Origin: Phycisphaerae bacterium
GTDB lineage: Bacteria > Planctomycetota > Phycisphaerae > Phycisphaerales > UBA5793
Length of the DNA: 63,055 nt
NCBI GenBank assembly: GCA_039794345.1
Contig: JBDIVQ010000006.1
Location: 1 to 63,055, forward strand
Reading direction: 5' to 3'
This document shows, piece after piece, positions 45,360 to 54,774 of this stretch. A program made the position numbers and the translations under genes. Numbering within the stretch: the stretch's first letter is position 1; each line of letters begins with the position of its first letter. The notes beneath the pieces are model-generated. The model saw only the letters and a list, made by a program, of their open reading frames with translations, was not told the origin of the DNA and did no database searches.

Positions 45360-45914
45360 TCACTCCAGCCTGGTGACCGACACCCGGCCGGTGAACCCGC
45401 TGACGCGCACCTCGAAGCGCTCGCCGTTCCCGCTCACGACGAATGAACCGCCGATGCTTGATGCGTTCTCGCCGTTCACCGGGCCGCCGATCGCGTCATA
45501 GGTGATGAAGTTCTGCCCGCCGTCGAAGTCAACTCCCTCGATCCTGATGTTCGGGAAGCGGCGGTCGGTCGTGAAGTCGATGACGTAGCGTCCCGATCCC
45601 TCGTTCGAAATCGGGTCATAGAGCACGTCGTTCTCCGGATCAAAGGGAGAGGCGAGCAGTCGATAGCCTGTTCCGTCCTCCGCGAAGAGGACGCGGCGCG
45701 GCGACTGCCACGCCATGGCGTCGGACTGCGCGAAGGACAGGTCGGAGACGATGCGGCGCACCGCCGCCTCGGTCTCGAAACTCACCGCGTTGCGCATGTT
45801 CGGAATGAGGATCGACGCGGCGATGCCCATCAGCGCCACGACAATGAGGATTTCGATGAGCGTAAAGCCCCGTCGCGATTCCCGCCCACCCGGTTGTGCG
45901 GCAGTTGCGTGCAT
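45360..45914 (-). CDS. Minor pilin/pseudopilin (FimT/GspH-like)
   Basis: RRG|FTLIEILIVV, LSFAQSDA, C-terminal TGRV; GAGGAG RBS. Confidence 0.88.
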   Translation of the reverse strand: MHATAAQPGGRESRRGFTLIEILIVVALMGIAASILIPNMRNAVSFETEAAVRRIVSDLSFAQSDAMAWQSPRRVLFAEDGTGYRLLASPFDPENDVLYDPISNEGSGRYVIDFTTDRRFPNIRIEGVDFDGGQNFITYDAIGGPVNGENASSIGGSFVVSGNGERFEVRVSGFTGRVSVTRLE

Positions 45915-45958
45915 GGCAGGCTCCTCAGGTCGCCTTCGACTCGGTCCACCCGCCAGGA

Positions 45959-46240
45959 TCACTCGCCTTCGATGCGCACAGGCGGCATCGAAGTGACCTT
46001 CACTTCAAACTGGCTTTTCTCGATGAGTTTGCGCAACGAATCGACGTTGGCGTTGAGCCGGCGCAGTTCGCGGATCATTTCGAGTCGCTGACTTCCCGCA
46101 TCGGGGATGCCGACGGGCTGGAGCCCGGCGACGGCGGCGGGAGCCAGCGCGCCGCGGTCCGCGACGATGATCGTCGCCAGCAGCCCGAGGGCGACGGCGT
46201 TGAGGGTCAGGAGCGTGTTGGCGTATCGGCGGCGGCGCAT
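45959..46240 (-). CDS. Small membrane-anchored hypothetical protein
   Basis: GAGGAGG RBS; TM helix; PDAGSQRLEMIRELRRL coiled coil. Confidence 0.7.
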   Translation of the reverse strand: MRRRRYANTLLTLNAVALGLLATIIVADRGALAPAAVAGLQPVGIPDAGSQRLEMIRELRRLNANVDSLRKLIEKSQFEVKVTSMPPVRIEGE

Positions 46241-46288
46241 GGGGCCCTCCTCGCATGGCGGGCGAAGACGGAGCCGACGGGCGGCCCC

Positions 46289-47011
46289 TCAGAAACGATC
46301 CGAGGGGGCGGCCCAGCGCAGGTCCGTCACGATCGTGCCCACTCGCCGAGTATCGGTCGGTTCATCAAGCCAGGTAAGGCGAATCACCGCCTGTGCGGGT
46401 GCGGCGTCCGGACGTAGCGGTTGCGCCGAGTCGGTGCCGGTAATGTCGCAGCCGACGAGAGGCTGCGCGATCACCGCACGGAGCGCATCGGCGCGCCCGA
46501 ACATCGCCTCCAGCCGCCGCACATCTCGGACGTCGCGCAGCGTTACCGCAGGATCGTCCTCGGCGGCCGGAGTCCACGTGAAGGCAATGAGACTCCTCAG
46601 CACCGGGCTGTAGCGGAGGACGAGCAGTTCGGAGAGGTTGATGACGCCGGGATAGCGGCCGTCGTCCATCCAGAAGACGAGCAAGTCGAGTTCGGTTGAG
46701 CCCCCGCTGCCATAGACGAGCGCCAGGGTCCGACCTGCGCTGCCGATGAGGGATTTGAGCAGTTCATGCTGCTCGAGGTGCAGGGGTGAGAGTCCGGCGG
46801 CTGACGTGGTGGTGGATGAAGCCGGTCCCCCGGCGCGGAGGATTCTCGGTCCGACGATGACCGCCGACGCCGTGAGCACCGCCGCGGCGCCGAAGAGCGC
46901 GATCGCCTCGGTCCAGGCGGCAGCGCGGCGGCCGCGTGCGGCGGCGCGGCGCGGCGGTCCTGCTTCTTTGCGACTCGAGACTCGATCAATAGTCGTAGTA
47001 GGCGCGACCAT
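46289..47011 (-). CDS. Hypothetical protein, possible degenerate minor pilin
   Basis: RGRRA|AAWTEAIALFG hydrophobic stretch with Glu at +5; start uncertain. Confidence 0.5.
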   Translation of the reverse strand: MVAPTTTIDRVSSRKEAGPPRRAAARGRRAAAWTEAIALFGAAAVLTASAVIVGPRILRAGGPASSTTTSAAGLSPLHLEQHELLKSLIGSAGRTLALVYGSGGSTELDLLVFWMDDGRYPGVINLSELLVLRYSPVLRSLIAFTWTPAAEDDPAVTLRDVRDVRRLEAMFGRADALRAVIAQPLVGCDITGTDSAQPLRPDAAPAQAVIRLTWLDEPTDTRRVGTIVTDLRWAAPSDRF

Positions 47012-47546
47012 TCTCATCCTGACCCGGGAGGTACGCCTTGAACTCCATCGTCTCGGGCTTGTAGACCCATCCATGGGACGTTGGTCCGGTGGGCGGCGGG
47101 GGAAGTGGACTTCCGTTGGCGACCACCAGGACCGTGCTCAGACCGTTGATGGGGTTGATGGGAACTTCCGCCATGTAGGGGCCGAAGCGGAAGGTCTGCG
47201 ATGAACTGCTGCCGACGGTCCCATCCGAGGCGGTCGGGTTGGTCATCTGCGCGACGAAGTCCGCCTCGGTGGGCGTGGCGTCCGGGTCGCCGCCGGGGTA
47301 GCCCGGTGAGACGCCGTGATGCTGCGCGCGATAGACCTGGATCTGCTGCCGGATGTACCGAAGATCCTGAAGGAGCGCGGAACTGCCGGCGATATTTGCC
47401 GCGCCCGAGAAGCGCGGCGCCACGATGGCCGCGAGAATCGCGATGATCAGGACAACGATGATGAGTTCGACGAGTGTGAACCCTCCATCGCGCCTGCGCG
47501 TCGTCGATCCGTGCTGGTCTCGGTTCTCGGACATCTTCCGCTCCAT
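46986..47546 (-). CDS. Type IV pilin-like protein
   Basis: GG|FTLVELIIVVLIIAILAAIVAPRF, PINPI, GWVY. Confidence 0.92.
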   Translation of the reverse strand: MERKMSENRDQHGSTTRRRDGGFTLVELIIVVLIIAILAAIVAPRFSGAANIAGSSALLQDLRYIRQQIQVYRAQHHGVSPGYPGGDPDATPTEADFVAQMTNPTASDGTVGSSSSQTFRFGPYMAEVPINPINGLSTVLVVANGSPLPPPPTGPTSHGWVYKPETMEFKAYLPGQDENGRAYYDY

Positions 47547-47599
47547 CCGGGCGGCCCGTCAACGCGGCGGGCCGCGCCTCGCCCGGATTCAGTCAGCCG

Positions 47600-48031
47600 T
47601 TACGGCCCGGGCGGGCTGTACGTATTCGCTATCTCGTCAAAATACGGGGCCGTAATCACTCCATTGACGTCATCCCACACCCAGCCGATGTCGGTCGCCT
47701 CCTCCGTGCCGATTCCCGCGGACTGCGTGAAGGGGTTATAGGGTGCGCTCATCAGATAGGTGTTCTCGTCGGGGGGGTTGACCAGCGGATCCCAATCGGC
47801 CTCGGTCCCCGTCGTGCCAAGAGGCGGCAGGGAGTTGTGCCGGGCCTTGTAGACTTCGATCTGACCGCGGATCGTCTGCAGCTGGCTCTTCACCGTCGAG
47901 ACCGAGGTCTCGACCCGGGCGTTCGTGAACTGGGGGATGACGACGGCGGCCAGGATGCCGAGAATGACCACGACGACGAGAATCTCGACGAGCGTGAAGG
48001 CTCGGGCTGGCTGAGTGCGACGGCAGCACAT
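47600..48031 (-). CDS. Type IV pilin-like protein
   Basis: RA|FTLVEILVVVVILGILAAVVIPQF, PYNPF, GWVW. Confidence 0.92.
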   Translation of the reverse strand: MCCRRTQPARAFTLVEILVVVVILGILAAVVIPQFTNARVETSVSTVKSQLQTIRGQIEVYKARHNSLPPLGTTGTEADWDPLVNPPDENTYLMSAPYNPFTQSAGIGTEEATDIGWVWDDVNGVITAPYFDEIANTYSPPGP

Positions 48032-48140
48032 GGCGTTCGGCTCCGCGTCACGCGGTTGCCCGGTGACAGTTCCACCCGTTGACGAAAGAGAGGCGGCCGT
48101 GTTTCCACAGCCGCCTCTGAAGAGATCCACTCAGACGAGA

Positions 48141-48590
48141 TTACCGGTTGTAGATGTTGTTGATCTCGTCGAAGCCGACGGCGTAGATGCGGCCGTTGGC
48201 GTCGTCCCACAGCCAGCCGTCCGTCGCGGGGTTGCCCTCGACCAGCGGATCAGAGCCGGCGACGATGAGCGAGTTGCCCGTGAACGGATTGATGGGAGCG
48301 GACTGGAGGTAGGCGCCTTCCGTCCACGCGCCGTTGTAGGTCGACGGGTCAGTGAGGGGAACCCACTGCTCGGCGACGAAGTCGGGCACGAAGCCGTTGT
48401 GCTTGACGCGCATCAGTTCGATCTGGCTGCGGACCGTCTGCAACTGGCTCTTGAGGGACGAGGCGGAGGCCTCCTGGCTCGCGTTGGTGAACTGCGGGAT
48501 CACGATCGCGGCGAGAATGCCGAGAATCACGACCACGATGAGAATTTCCACCAGCGTGAAGCCCTTCCTGCGAATACAAGCGTTCATCAT
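48141..48590 (-). CDS. Type IV pilin-like protein (probable major pilin)
   Basis: RKG|FTLVEILIVVVILGILAAIVIPQF, PINPF, GWLW; strong AAGGAG RBS; first gene of the cluster. Confidence 0.93.
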   Translation of the reverse strand: MMNACIRRKGFTLVEILIVVVILGILAAIVIPQFTNASQEASASSLKSQLQTVRSQIELMRVKHNGFVPDFVAEQWVPLTDPSTYNGAWTEGAYLQSAPINPFTGNSLIVAGSDPLVEGNPATDGWLWDDANGRIYAVGFDEINNIYNR

Positions 48591-48921
48591 CGATGACTCC
48601 TTCACGAAATGATTTGAAGACGCAAGCACGGCTTCGAGTTCTTCGACTGGGCCTGCGTCTTCTCCCGGGCCCGGCGACACGTGTTGGACTGAACGATCTC
48701 CGGGCGCTCGGCGGCGACCGGCGAGTGGCGCGGCGCGTGCGGTGTCCTCCCCTTCGGCACACCGCCTGACCGCCGCAGCCCTCGAAATGCCTGAGAACGT
48801 GCGTTCCATCGTCAGGTACATCGACCCGCGACCCTGCCCGCTGCAGCCGGCCGCTTCAAGAGAGCCCGGACTTTGACGCCTGCGCCGCGGCGCGGGTATA
48901 CAGACCAGCGGACGGCAGGGC

Positions 48922-48960
48922 GGAAAACGACGGCGCGCCGGCCCGGGGGCCGGCGCGCCG
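48922..48960 (-). terminator. Putative intrinsic terminator
   Basis: Hairpin cggcgcgccggcc/ggccggcgcgccg, followed on the minus strand by TCGTTTT. Confidence 0.6.
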
Positions 48961-48994
48961 CGAATGCGTCGCCCGATTATCGACTCGCGCCGTC

Positions 48995-51163
48995 TCAGTC
49001 GGAAACGATGAGCGGAACCATATTGGACGCCGGGAGGTTCAGCGCACCGTGCGCCTGGGCGGCGGCCGTCGCCACCGGCCCCACCGCGGTCTTCACCAGG
49101 TTCACCAAGGCCGCGACCTGCGCCTCGCTCGCGTAGGAGCCGAACCGTTTCGCGGACTGCGCCACATACTCGAACAGCGCGACCTGCACGACCTCATCCG
49201 GTTCGGCCAGCGCCGCGTTGAGCAGCGCCGATTGAGCCCGGGAGCCGTTCACCCAACTGAGCGTCTGCGCCGCCGTCAGGCGAAGATCGCCGGTGAAGTT
49301 CGTCAGCGCCTCGACCAGCGCCGCCTCCGCCATCTTGATGTCATAGGCCGCGCTGTTGCGCACCGCGATGTCGCGCAGCACGCGCAGGGCCTCGGCGGCG
49401 TAGGCGTCCGCCTCTTCGGAGGTGATGAGTTCGCCCGTCGTCGTCGATACGAGCGCCTGGATCGCGTTGCCCAACTGCTCCTGCGACAATCCGAGGCGGA
49501 CCACCGCCACGCGCCGGTTCCCGTCGAACTGCCGCCTCAGGCTCACCACGTCTTCGGAGGCCGTCAGCAGCGCCACGGGGGTGGCGGCGACCTGAAGGTC
49601 GGTCTGAATCGAGGCGACGATCTCGCGGGCGCGATCAGGCCCGGTCATCACGAGGAAGAGATCGACACCCGGCGCAGCGGCGAGGTCGCCGCGAAGCCCG
49701 GCAAAGGAAGACCGCGGGGGGAGCACCTTGAAGCCCATATCCCGCAGGTTGGACGCCAGGCTCCGCTGATCCTCCTCGTTGTCGGCGATGACCGCCGCGA
49801 AGCGATCGTCGCCCGTGCGGATCGCGCCGGCCAGGATGGGCACGACGCGGTCCGAGCCGTCGAAGGAATCCATCGGCAGGGCCCGGCCGAGCGCGAGAGC
49901 CGCGTCGTAGCGAACGCGGCGCTCCGGGAAGGCGAGCGAATCAATCAGCGGCGCCGGCCGCCCTCCGCCGACCCACAAGCTGGCGCCGCCGGCGGTGCCG
50001 TTGAGGGCCGCGATGGCGTGCCGCGCCAGCCGCGCGTTGAGGTCGCGATTGGCCCGGTCAAGCACCATCTGCGCCGCGGCGGGTCCCGCGGCGACGGCGT
50101 AATAAAGCGGCGGGCGACGGTCCGGCCCGTACGTCGGATCCTCCCCTTCGCCCAACTGGTCGTTGCGGCGGAAGTTCGAGGCGATCCACAGGCTCAGCGC
50201 CTCGAGCGAATTCGCATCGTGCCGCAACGCGTTCTCCGCGCACCGCATCGCCATGACTTCGGCGAAGATGTGCGTCGGCACGGCAACCGCATACAGACCG
50301 GCGCCGGACCGATAGAACCAGACATTGTTCGTCTCCTCGAGCGGCCAGGCGACCAGACTCTCCGCCTCCGACCAGTAGAGTTCGGCGAGGGTGAGCCAGA
50401 TGTCCACCGTCGAGGCGTCGGCGAGGCCGCCGAGCCGCTGATGCGCCCGCGCCGCCGCCGCCCGCGCCGCCGCCGCCGCCGTCGGATCGTTCATGAGCGT
50501 GCGCAGCGCCGGGAGAGCGTGAACGTGATTGATGCGGCCGAGGATGTCCGCGAGACGCTCCTGCGTCACGGGTTCAACGTGCGGCAGCGCCACCGAGAGC
50601 GGCGTCACCGCCTGGCGGCCGATGTTCTCCAGCACGCCCGTGCAGGCGACCTTCAATTCCATGGGATTGGCGCCGACGAGCACGTCAAGCAGTTGCGGCA
50701 CGGCGAATTCCCCCGCCGCCTTGAGCGCCTCTTCAGCCATGAGCCGCCCGCGCGGCGTGCCGACGAGACTCTGAATGTGACGCGCGATCTCCTCGGGATC
50801 CCGCGCCACATCGATCCGCCCGCGATTAATCCGCATCTGGAGTTTGCCGGCGACGTCCTCGAGTTCCGCAACCCGCGTGGCGCGCACGAGGGCGTCGTCG
50901 AGGCGCGACCAGACCCCCATCTCGTCGATCATGCGATAGAGGTCGGCGTCGGGGATGTCGGACTCGACGATGGCCTGCGCGGAACTGTGCGCCAGTTCCG
51001 GCCGGGCGACGAGGACATAGTGAATGAAGTCCTCGATCAGCCGGGCCTCGCGCGGCTTGTTGCCCGAGTCGGGCGTCTGCGCCTCCGCCGCGGAGACGGA
51101 AGCGAGGAGACAGGCAAGGACGAGGCCGAGCACGCACAGCCGGCGCAGTGAGGTGTGGAACAC
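48995..51163 (-). CDS. Exported HEAT-repeat protein
   Basis: Signal peptide from GTG 51163; helical repeats GEFAVPQLLDVL, GRQAVTPL, RVRYDAALALG. Confidence 0.8.
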   Translation of the reverse strand: MFHTSLRRLCVLGLVLACLLASVSAAEAQTPDSGNKPREARLIEDFIHYVLVARPELAHSSAQAIVESDIPDADLYRMIDEMGVWSRLDDALVRATRVAELEDVAGKLQMRINRGRIDVARDPEEIARHIQSLVGTPRGRLMAEEALKAAGEFAVPQLLDVLVGANPMELKVACTGVLENIGRQAVTPLSVALPHVEPVTQERLADILGRINHVHALPALRTLMNDPTAAAAARAAAARAHQRLGGLADASTVDIWLTLAELYWSEAESLVAWPLEETNNVWFYRSGAGLYAVAVPTHIFAEVMAMRCAENALRHDANSLEALSLWIASNFRRNDQLGEGEDPTYGPDRRPPLYYAVAAGPAAAQMVLDRANRDLNARLARHAIAALNGTAGGASLWVGGGRPAPLIDSLAFPERRVRYDAALALGRALPMDSFDGSDRVVPILAGAIRTGDDRFAAVIADNEEDQRSLASNLRDMGFKVLPPRSSFAGLRGDLAAAPGVDLFLVMTGPDRAREIVASIQTDLQVAATPVALLTASEDVVSLRRQFDGNRRVAVVRLGLSQEQLGNAIQALVSTTTGELITSEEADAYAAEALRVLRDIAVRNSAAYDIKMAEAALVEALTNFTGDLRLTAAQTLSWVNGSRAQSALLNAALAEPDEVVQVALFEYVAQSAKRFGSYASEAQVAALVNLVKTAVGPVATAAAQAHGALNLPASNMVPLIVSD

Positions 51164-51279
51164 AGGCAGTCTCCGCCAAAAAGGGTCTGGACGAGTCGTC
51201 TCCGCCGGCCGTTCCGCCGCGCCGGTCGAGAGGCCGCGAACGCCCGCCGCGGGGCGGCGGGGCGGCATCGTAAGTACGG

Positions 51280-51308
51280 AATGTATCGAGTGGATGCGCC
51301 GGTGTCAA
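51280..51308 (-). promoter_or_regulatory. Sigma70-like promoter of the HEAT gene
   Basis: TTGACA-N17-TACATT. Confidence 0.6.
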
Positions 51309-51366
51309 CGAGGCGACCAAAAACCCCCCGCCAGCCCCCATTCCTCCGCCGGCCTCACCCGCGCCG

Positions 51367-51395
51367 TTGACCTTGGCATCTCGCACCCGTAGAGT
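51367..51395 (+). promoter_or_regulatory. Sigma70-like promoter upstream of the riboswitch
   Basis: TTGACC-N17-TAGAGT. Confidence 0.6.
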
Positions 51396-51439
51396 CGCTC
51401 GTCAAGGGCGTCCCTGACGCCGCTGTCGCCTGCGGGCGC

Positions 51440-51611
51440 GGCAGGGTCAGGGCTGAAATGGGAAGCGTGGTGCAAATCCACCGCGGACGCGCCGCCGTGA
51501 TGGGTCGCTTCGGGTTCCAAGGCCCGAAGCAGCCTCCGACCATTCGCCACTGCCGGGCCGCTGGCCCCGCGGGAAGGCGGTCGCGGGAAACCCTGAGCCG
51601 GAAGACCTGCC
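51440..51611 (+). ncRNA. Cobalamin (B12) riboswitch
   Basis: AAatGGGAAgcgtGGTGcAAaTCC, GCCGCCGTGA, GCCACTG, GGGAAGGC and B12 box GAGCCGGAAGACCTGCC; P1 ggcagg pairs with cctgcc. Confidence 0.93.
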
Positions 51612-51816
51612 ACTGACACGAGGCCTCATCCCTCGCCCCGGAAGGCGGGCGGAACGCCTCACGTTGGCCGTCCTCGCGCTCCGGGACGTCGCGGCATTGG
51701 GCTTCTGTTGCGTTCCTGGCAGAAGACTCGACCCCGACTCGGCGAGGGCGGTCGTGTCGCTGCCCGCGTTCAGGAACCGCCCCTCGCGTCATGGGGGCGA
51801 GCAGAGGAGTTCCACC

Positions 51817-52896
51817 ATGCCATTCCTGTTTCGATTCGGCCGGGCGCGGTCCGCGCTCGCGCTCATCTTCGCGATGACGTTTGCCGCCGCGAGCGCCGGC
51901 GCCGCGCCGCCCTTCGAGTACCGCGGCGAAGGGCGCGGGCCCGGCGGCGCCTTCGACGTGCTTCCCGACGGACGCCTCGTCGGCATGTCCGGCGACGACG
52001 TGCTCGTCGAATCAGCGCCCGGTTCGGGGGCCTTCGACCTGGCCGGCTCCTTCGAGCCGGGGCTGATCAACCAGTTCGGCGCTTCGTTTCTCTCGCTCAG
52101 CCTCGACGGCACGCGCTTCCTCGTCGGCGACGGGAACTTCGGCGGCGCCCGCGTGCATGAAGTGGCGGTGCGCGACCTCAACGGCGGCGTCATTCGACCC
52201 CGTTCATTCGACCACGAGAATTTCGCCGCCGCATGGTACGACAGCGACCGCGTCGCCATCAGCGCCGCCGATCCGGGGACCTTCCTCGGCGAGGTGCGCC
52301 TGCTCGATCTCTCCACGGGGACATCGACCCGCCTCGTCACCCTCGACGGCGCCTCCGCCGGCGTGGGCTTCGATCGAGAGGGCAATCTCTTCACCGGCAA
52401 CGGCTACGACGTCCTCCCCGGCGGGTCGCAGACGGGCGATGTGCGAGCCTTCTTCGCCGCGGAACTCGCAGAAGTGCTCGGCGGGCAACGCCGTGCGTTC
52501 AACTTCGCCGATGAGGGACGATTCGTCGGCCGCGTCCTCTCCGCCGGAACGCTCGGCTTCGACGACCGCGGGCACCTGTTCATCGGAGGAGGAGATTTCA
52601 ACTCCGGCGAGTTCGACTACTTTGCGATCGCCGACGCCGCAGCCTTGTCGCGAGCACTGGGCGGTGGCGATCCGCTTCGCGCCCTCGATCTCTTTCGCGA
52701 CGATCCGGATGCGCAGCCATTCAGTTTCTACGGCGCGCGGTTCAACTCGAGCATTGGCGAATGGCTCGTGGCGTCAGGATCCTCTCTGACGCTCTATCGC
52801 TACGCGGAGGTTCCCGCACCGCCGGCGCTCGCGCTGCTCAGCGCCGCGTTCGGCCTGGCGTCCTTTGGCCGCAGCGCAAGGAGGGGGCGAGCATGA
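51817..52896 (+). CDS. PEP-CTERM (VPAP variant) surface protein
   Basis: GAGGAG RBS, signal peptide, beta-propeller-like repeats (FDREGNLFTG, FDDRGHLFIG), tail VPAP-hydrophobic-RRGR. Confidence 0.85.
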   Translation: MPFLFRFGRARSALALIFAMTFAAASAGAAPPFEYRGEGRGPGGAFDVLPDGRLVGMSGDDVLVESAPGSGAFDLAGSFEPGLINQFGASFLSLSLDGTRFLVGDGNFGGARVHEVAVRDLNGGVIRPRSFDHENFAAAWYDSDRVAISAADPGTFLGEVRLLDLSTGTSTRLVTLDGASAGVGFDREGNLFTGNGYDVLPGGSQTGDVRAFFAAELAEVLGGQRRAFNFADEGRFVGRVLSAGTLGFDDRGHLFIGGGDFNSGEFDYFAIADAAALSRALGGGDPLRALDLFRDDPDAQPFSFYGARFNSSIGEWLVASGSSLTLYRYAEVPAPPALALLSAAFGLASFGRSARRGRA

Positions 52897-53798
52897 TGCG
52901 CTGCGCTGCATTCCACCCCCGCGCGGCGCTGCTCGCAGCGTCCTCCGCGGCTGCGGCGACGGCCGCTTTCGCGGCGGGGCCGCCGATCAGCCTGTCGGCC
53001 CGAGAGGCCGCCGCCTCGCCCTTCGCGACGCGCGTGCTCGACTACTCCCCTGCCGACGGGCAGTTCGTCAATGACCCGCGCTACAACGACCCCCGCCGCG
53101 CGCTCGGCCCTCCGATCGGAGGCGGAACGCTGGCGCCGGACAACTCCAAACTCGTGACGCTCGGCGGATTCGGCGGTTCAATCACCCTCGGCTTTGACCG
53201 CACGATCCGGGATCACCCCTTCAACCCGATGGGGCTGGACTTCATCATCTTCGGCAACGCTTCATGGCTCGCTGATCTCCCCTTCATCCGCTGGGCCGAA
53301 GCGGCCGTCGTGGAGATCAGCCGCGACGTGAACGGCAACGGCCTTCCAGATGATCCGTGGTACGTCATCCCCGGCTCGCACATTGCCGATCCGGGCACCC
53401 AGCGGCGCCGTGGCCACTTCATCCTTCCCGATGATCCCTTCGCGACTCCGCCGATTTTCAATACGCGCACCGACGGCAGCGAGGCGTTCTGGGGATACGC
53501 CGACATGAACCCCGTCCTGATTCTGGGCGACCTCGACGGAGACAACATCGTCGATGATCCGTTCATCACGCCCGAGGAGTTCTACACCACGGCTGATGAT
53601 CCGCGGCGTGAAGGCGTCACTCCCGGCAGCGGCGGCGGCGACGCGTTTGACATCGCGTGGGCGGTCGATCCACTGACCGGTCAGCCCGCAAACTTGCGCG
53701 GCATGGACTTCATCCGCATCACCACGGCCGTCGATGCGCCCAACGGCCAATTCGGCGAAGTGTCGGCGGAAATCGGCGGCGTGGCGGCGGTGCAGTGA
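52893..53798 (+). CDS. Exported BtuH-like putative cobalamin-binding protein
   Basis: [64 protein letters not shown] resemble, from memory, the Bacteroidetes BtuH domain; under a B12 riboswitch. Confidence 0.7.
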   Translation: MMRCAAFHPRAALLAASSAAAATAAFAAGPPISLSAREAAASPFATRVLDYSPADGQFVNDPRYNDPRRALGPPIGGGTLAPDNSKLVTLGGFGGSITLGFDRTIRDHPFNPMGLDFIIFGNASWLADLPFIRWAEAAVVEISRDVNGNGLPDDPWYVIPGSHIADPGTQRRRGHFILPDDPFATPPIFNTRTDGSEAFWGYADMNPVLILGDLDGDNIVDDPFITPEEFYTTADDPRREGVTPGSGGGDAFDIAWAVDPLTGQPANLRGMDFIRITTAVDAPNGQFGEVSAEIGGVAAVQ

Positions 53799-54673
53799 AA
53801 GGCGGAAAAGTGGTTGCCCGGAGACACAGGTTGCGCCGAAGGGCGGGGAACGAGAGAGGTCGCTCCGCCGCTCTTCCTGAGTCCTCTTGCGCCTGCCGAC
53901 GGCCGACAGGGACGATCCGTGCCTTCACTCTCGTCGAGTTGCTCCTCGTCATGGCCATCATGGCTCTGCTCGTGGGTCTGCTGCTGCCGGCCCTGCGAAG
54001 CGCGCGGCTTGCGGCGCAGCGCAGCGCCTGCGCCTCGAATCTCCGCCAGTTGCATCTGGCGAACGCGACGTATGCGACTGTCAACGATGGGCGTTTCGCC
54101 CCCGGCGCAGCGCGCTTCGACCGCAATCTCGAAAGGTGGTTCGGGTCACGGCGCGAGGCGCGCGAGCCCTTCGAGCCGCGAGGCGGCCCGCTTTCGCCCT
54201 ACCTCGGCCCGGAAGGCGCGGTGCGGCAATGCCCCTCCTTCCGACCCGGGCCGCGGCTCCCCGGAATCGACTTCGAAGCGGGATGCGGCGGCTACGGCTA
54301 CAACAACGCCTACATCGGCGTGCGCGAGGACGGGCGCGACGAGACGGGCACCCGCTTTTCCGCGATCGCACGCCCCGCGGAAACGGTCATGTTCGCGGAT
54401 GCGGCGCTGGCGATGCCCGTGCCGGCGCTGCGCCTGATCGAATACAGTTTCGCCGAGCCGCCGCGGCAGCGAGATTCGAATCATCCCCTCGATCCCTCCA
54501 TCCACTTCCGTCACGGCGACGAGTCCGGCGTCGCCTGGGCGGATGGACACTACGGCCGCGAGCGACTGGCTTTTTCACGCGGCAACATCTACGGCGTGAG
54601 CGAATCAGAGATGCGCAAGTGGCGCATCGGCTGGTTCGGTCCGCAGCACAACCGGCTCTTCGACCTCGACTGA
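53795..54673 (+). CDS. Prepilin N-terminal / H-X9-DG (DUF1559-type) protein
   Basis: RA|[52 protein letters not shown]; GTGA overlap with the previous stop. Confidence 0.9.
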   Translation: MKGGKVVARRHRLRRRAGNERGRSAALPESSCACRRPTGTIRAFTLVELLLVMAIMALLVGLLLPALRSARLAAQRSACASNLRQLHLANATYATVNDGRFAPGAARFDRNLERWFGSRREAREPFEPRGGPLSPYLGPEGAVRQCPSFRPGPRLPGIDFEAGCGGYGYNNAYIGVREDGRDETGTRFSAIARPAETVMFADAALAMPVPALRLIEYSFAEPPRQRDSNHPLDPSIHFRHGDESGVAWADGHYGRERLAFSRGNIYGVSESEMRKWRIGWFGPQHNRLFDLD

Positions 54674-54774
54674 GGGGGCCGGAATCTCTCGCGGGGTCCG
54701 GCGATCGTCGCAGCGCCCGACTCCCCGTCTCGTCGCGTTAGAATCCTGCGTCCCTGAGCGATCCGGAGCCGCGG

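Noticed and set aside
48591-48920. c-di-GMP riboswitch or sigma28 promoter upstream of the first pilin
   Set aside because: No GEMM consensus recognised. A GTCGATGT -10-like word lacks a credible -35.
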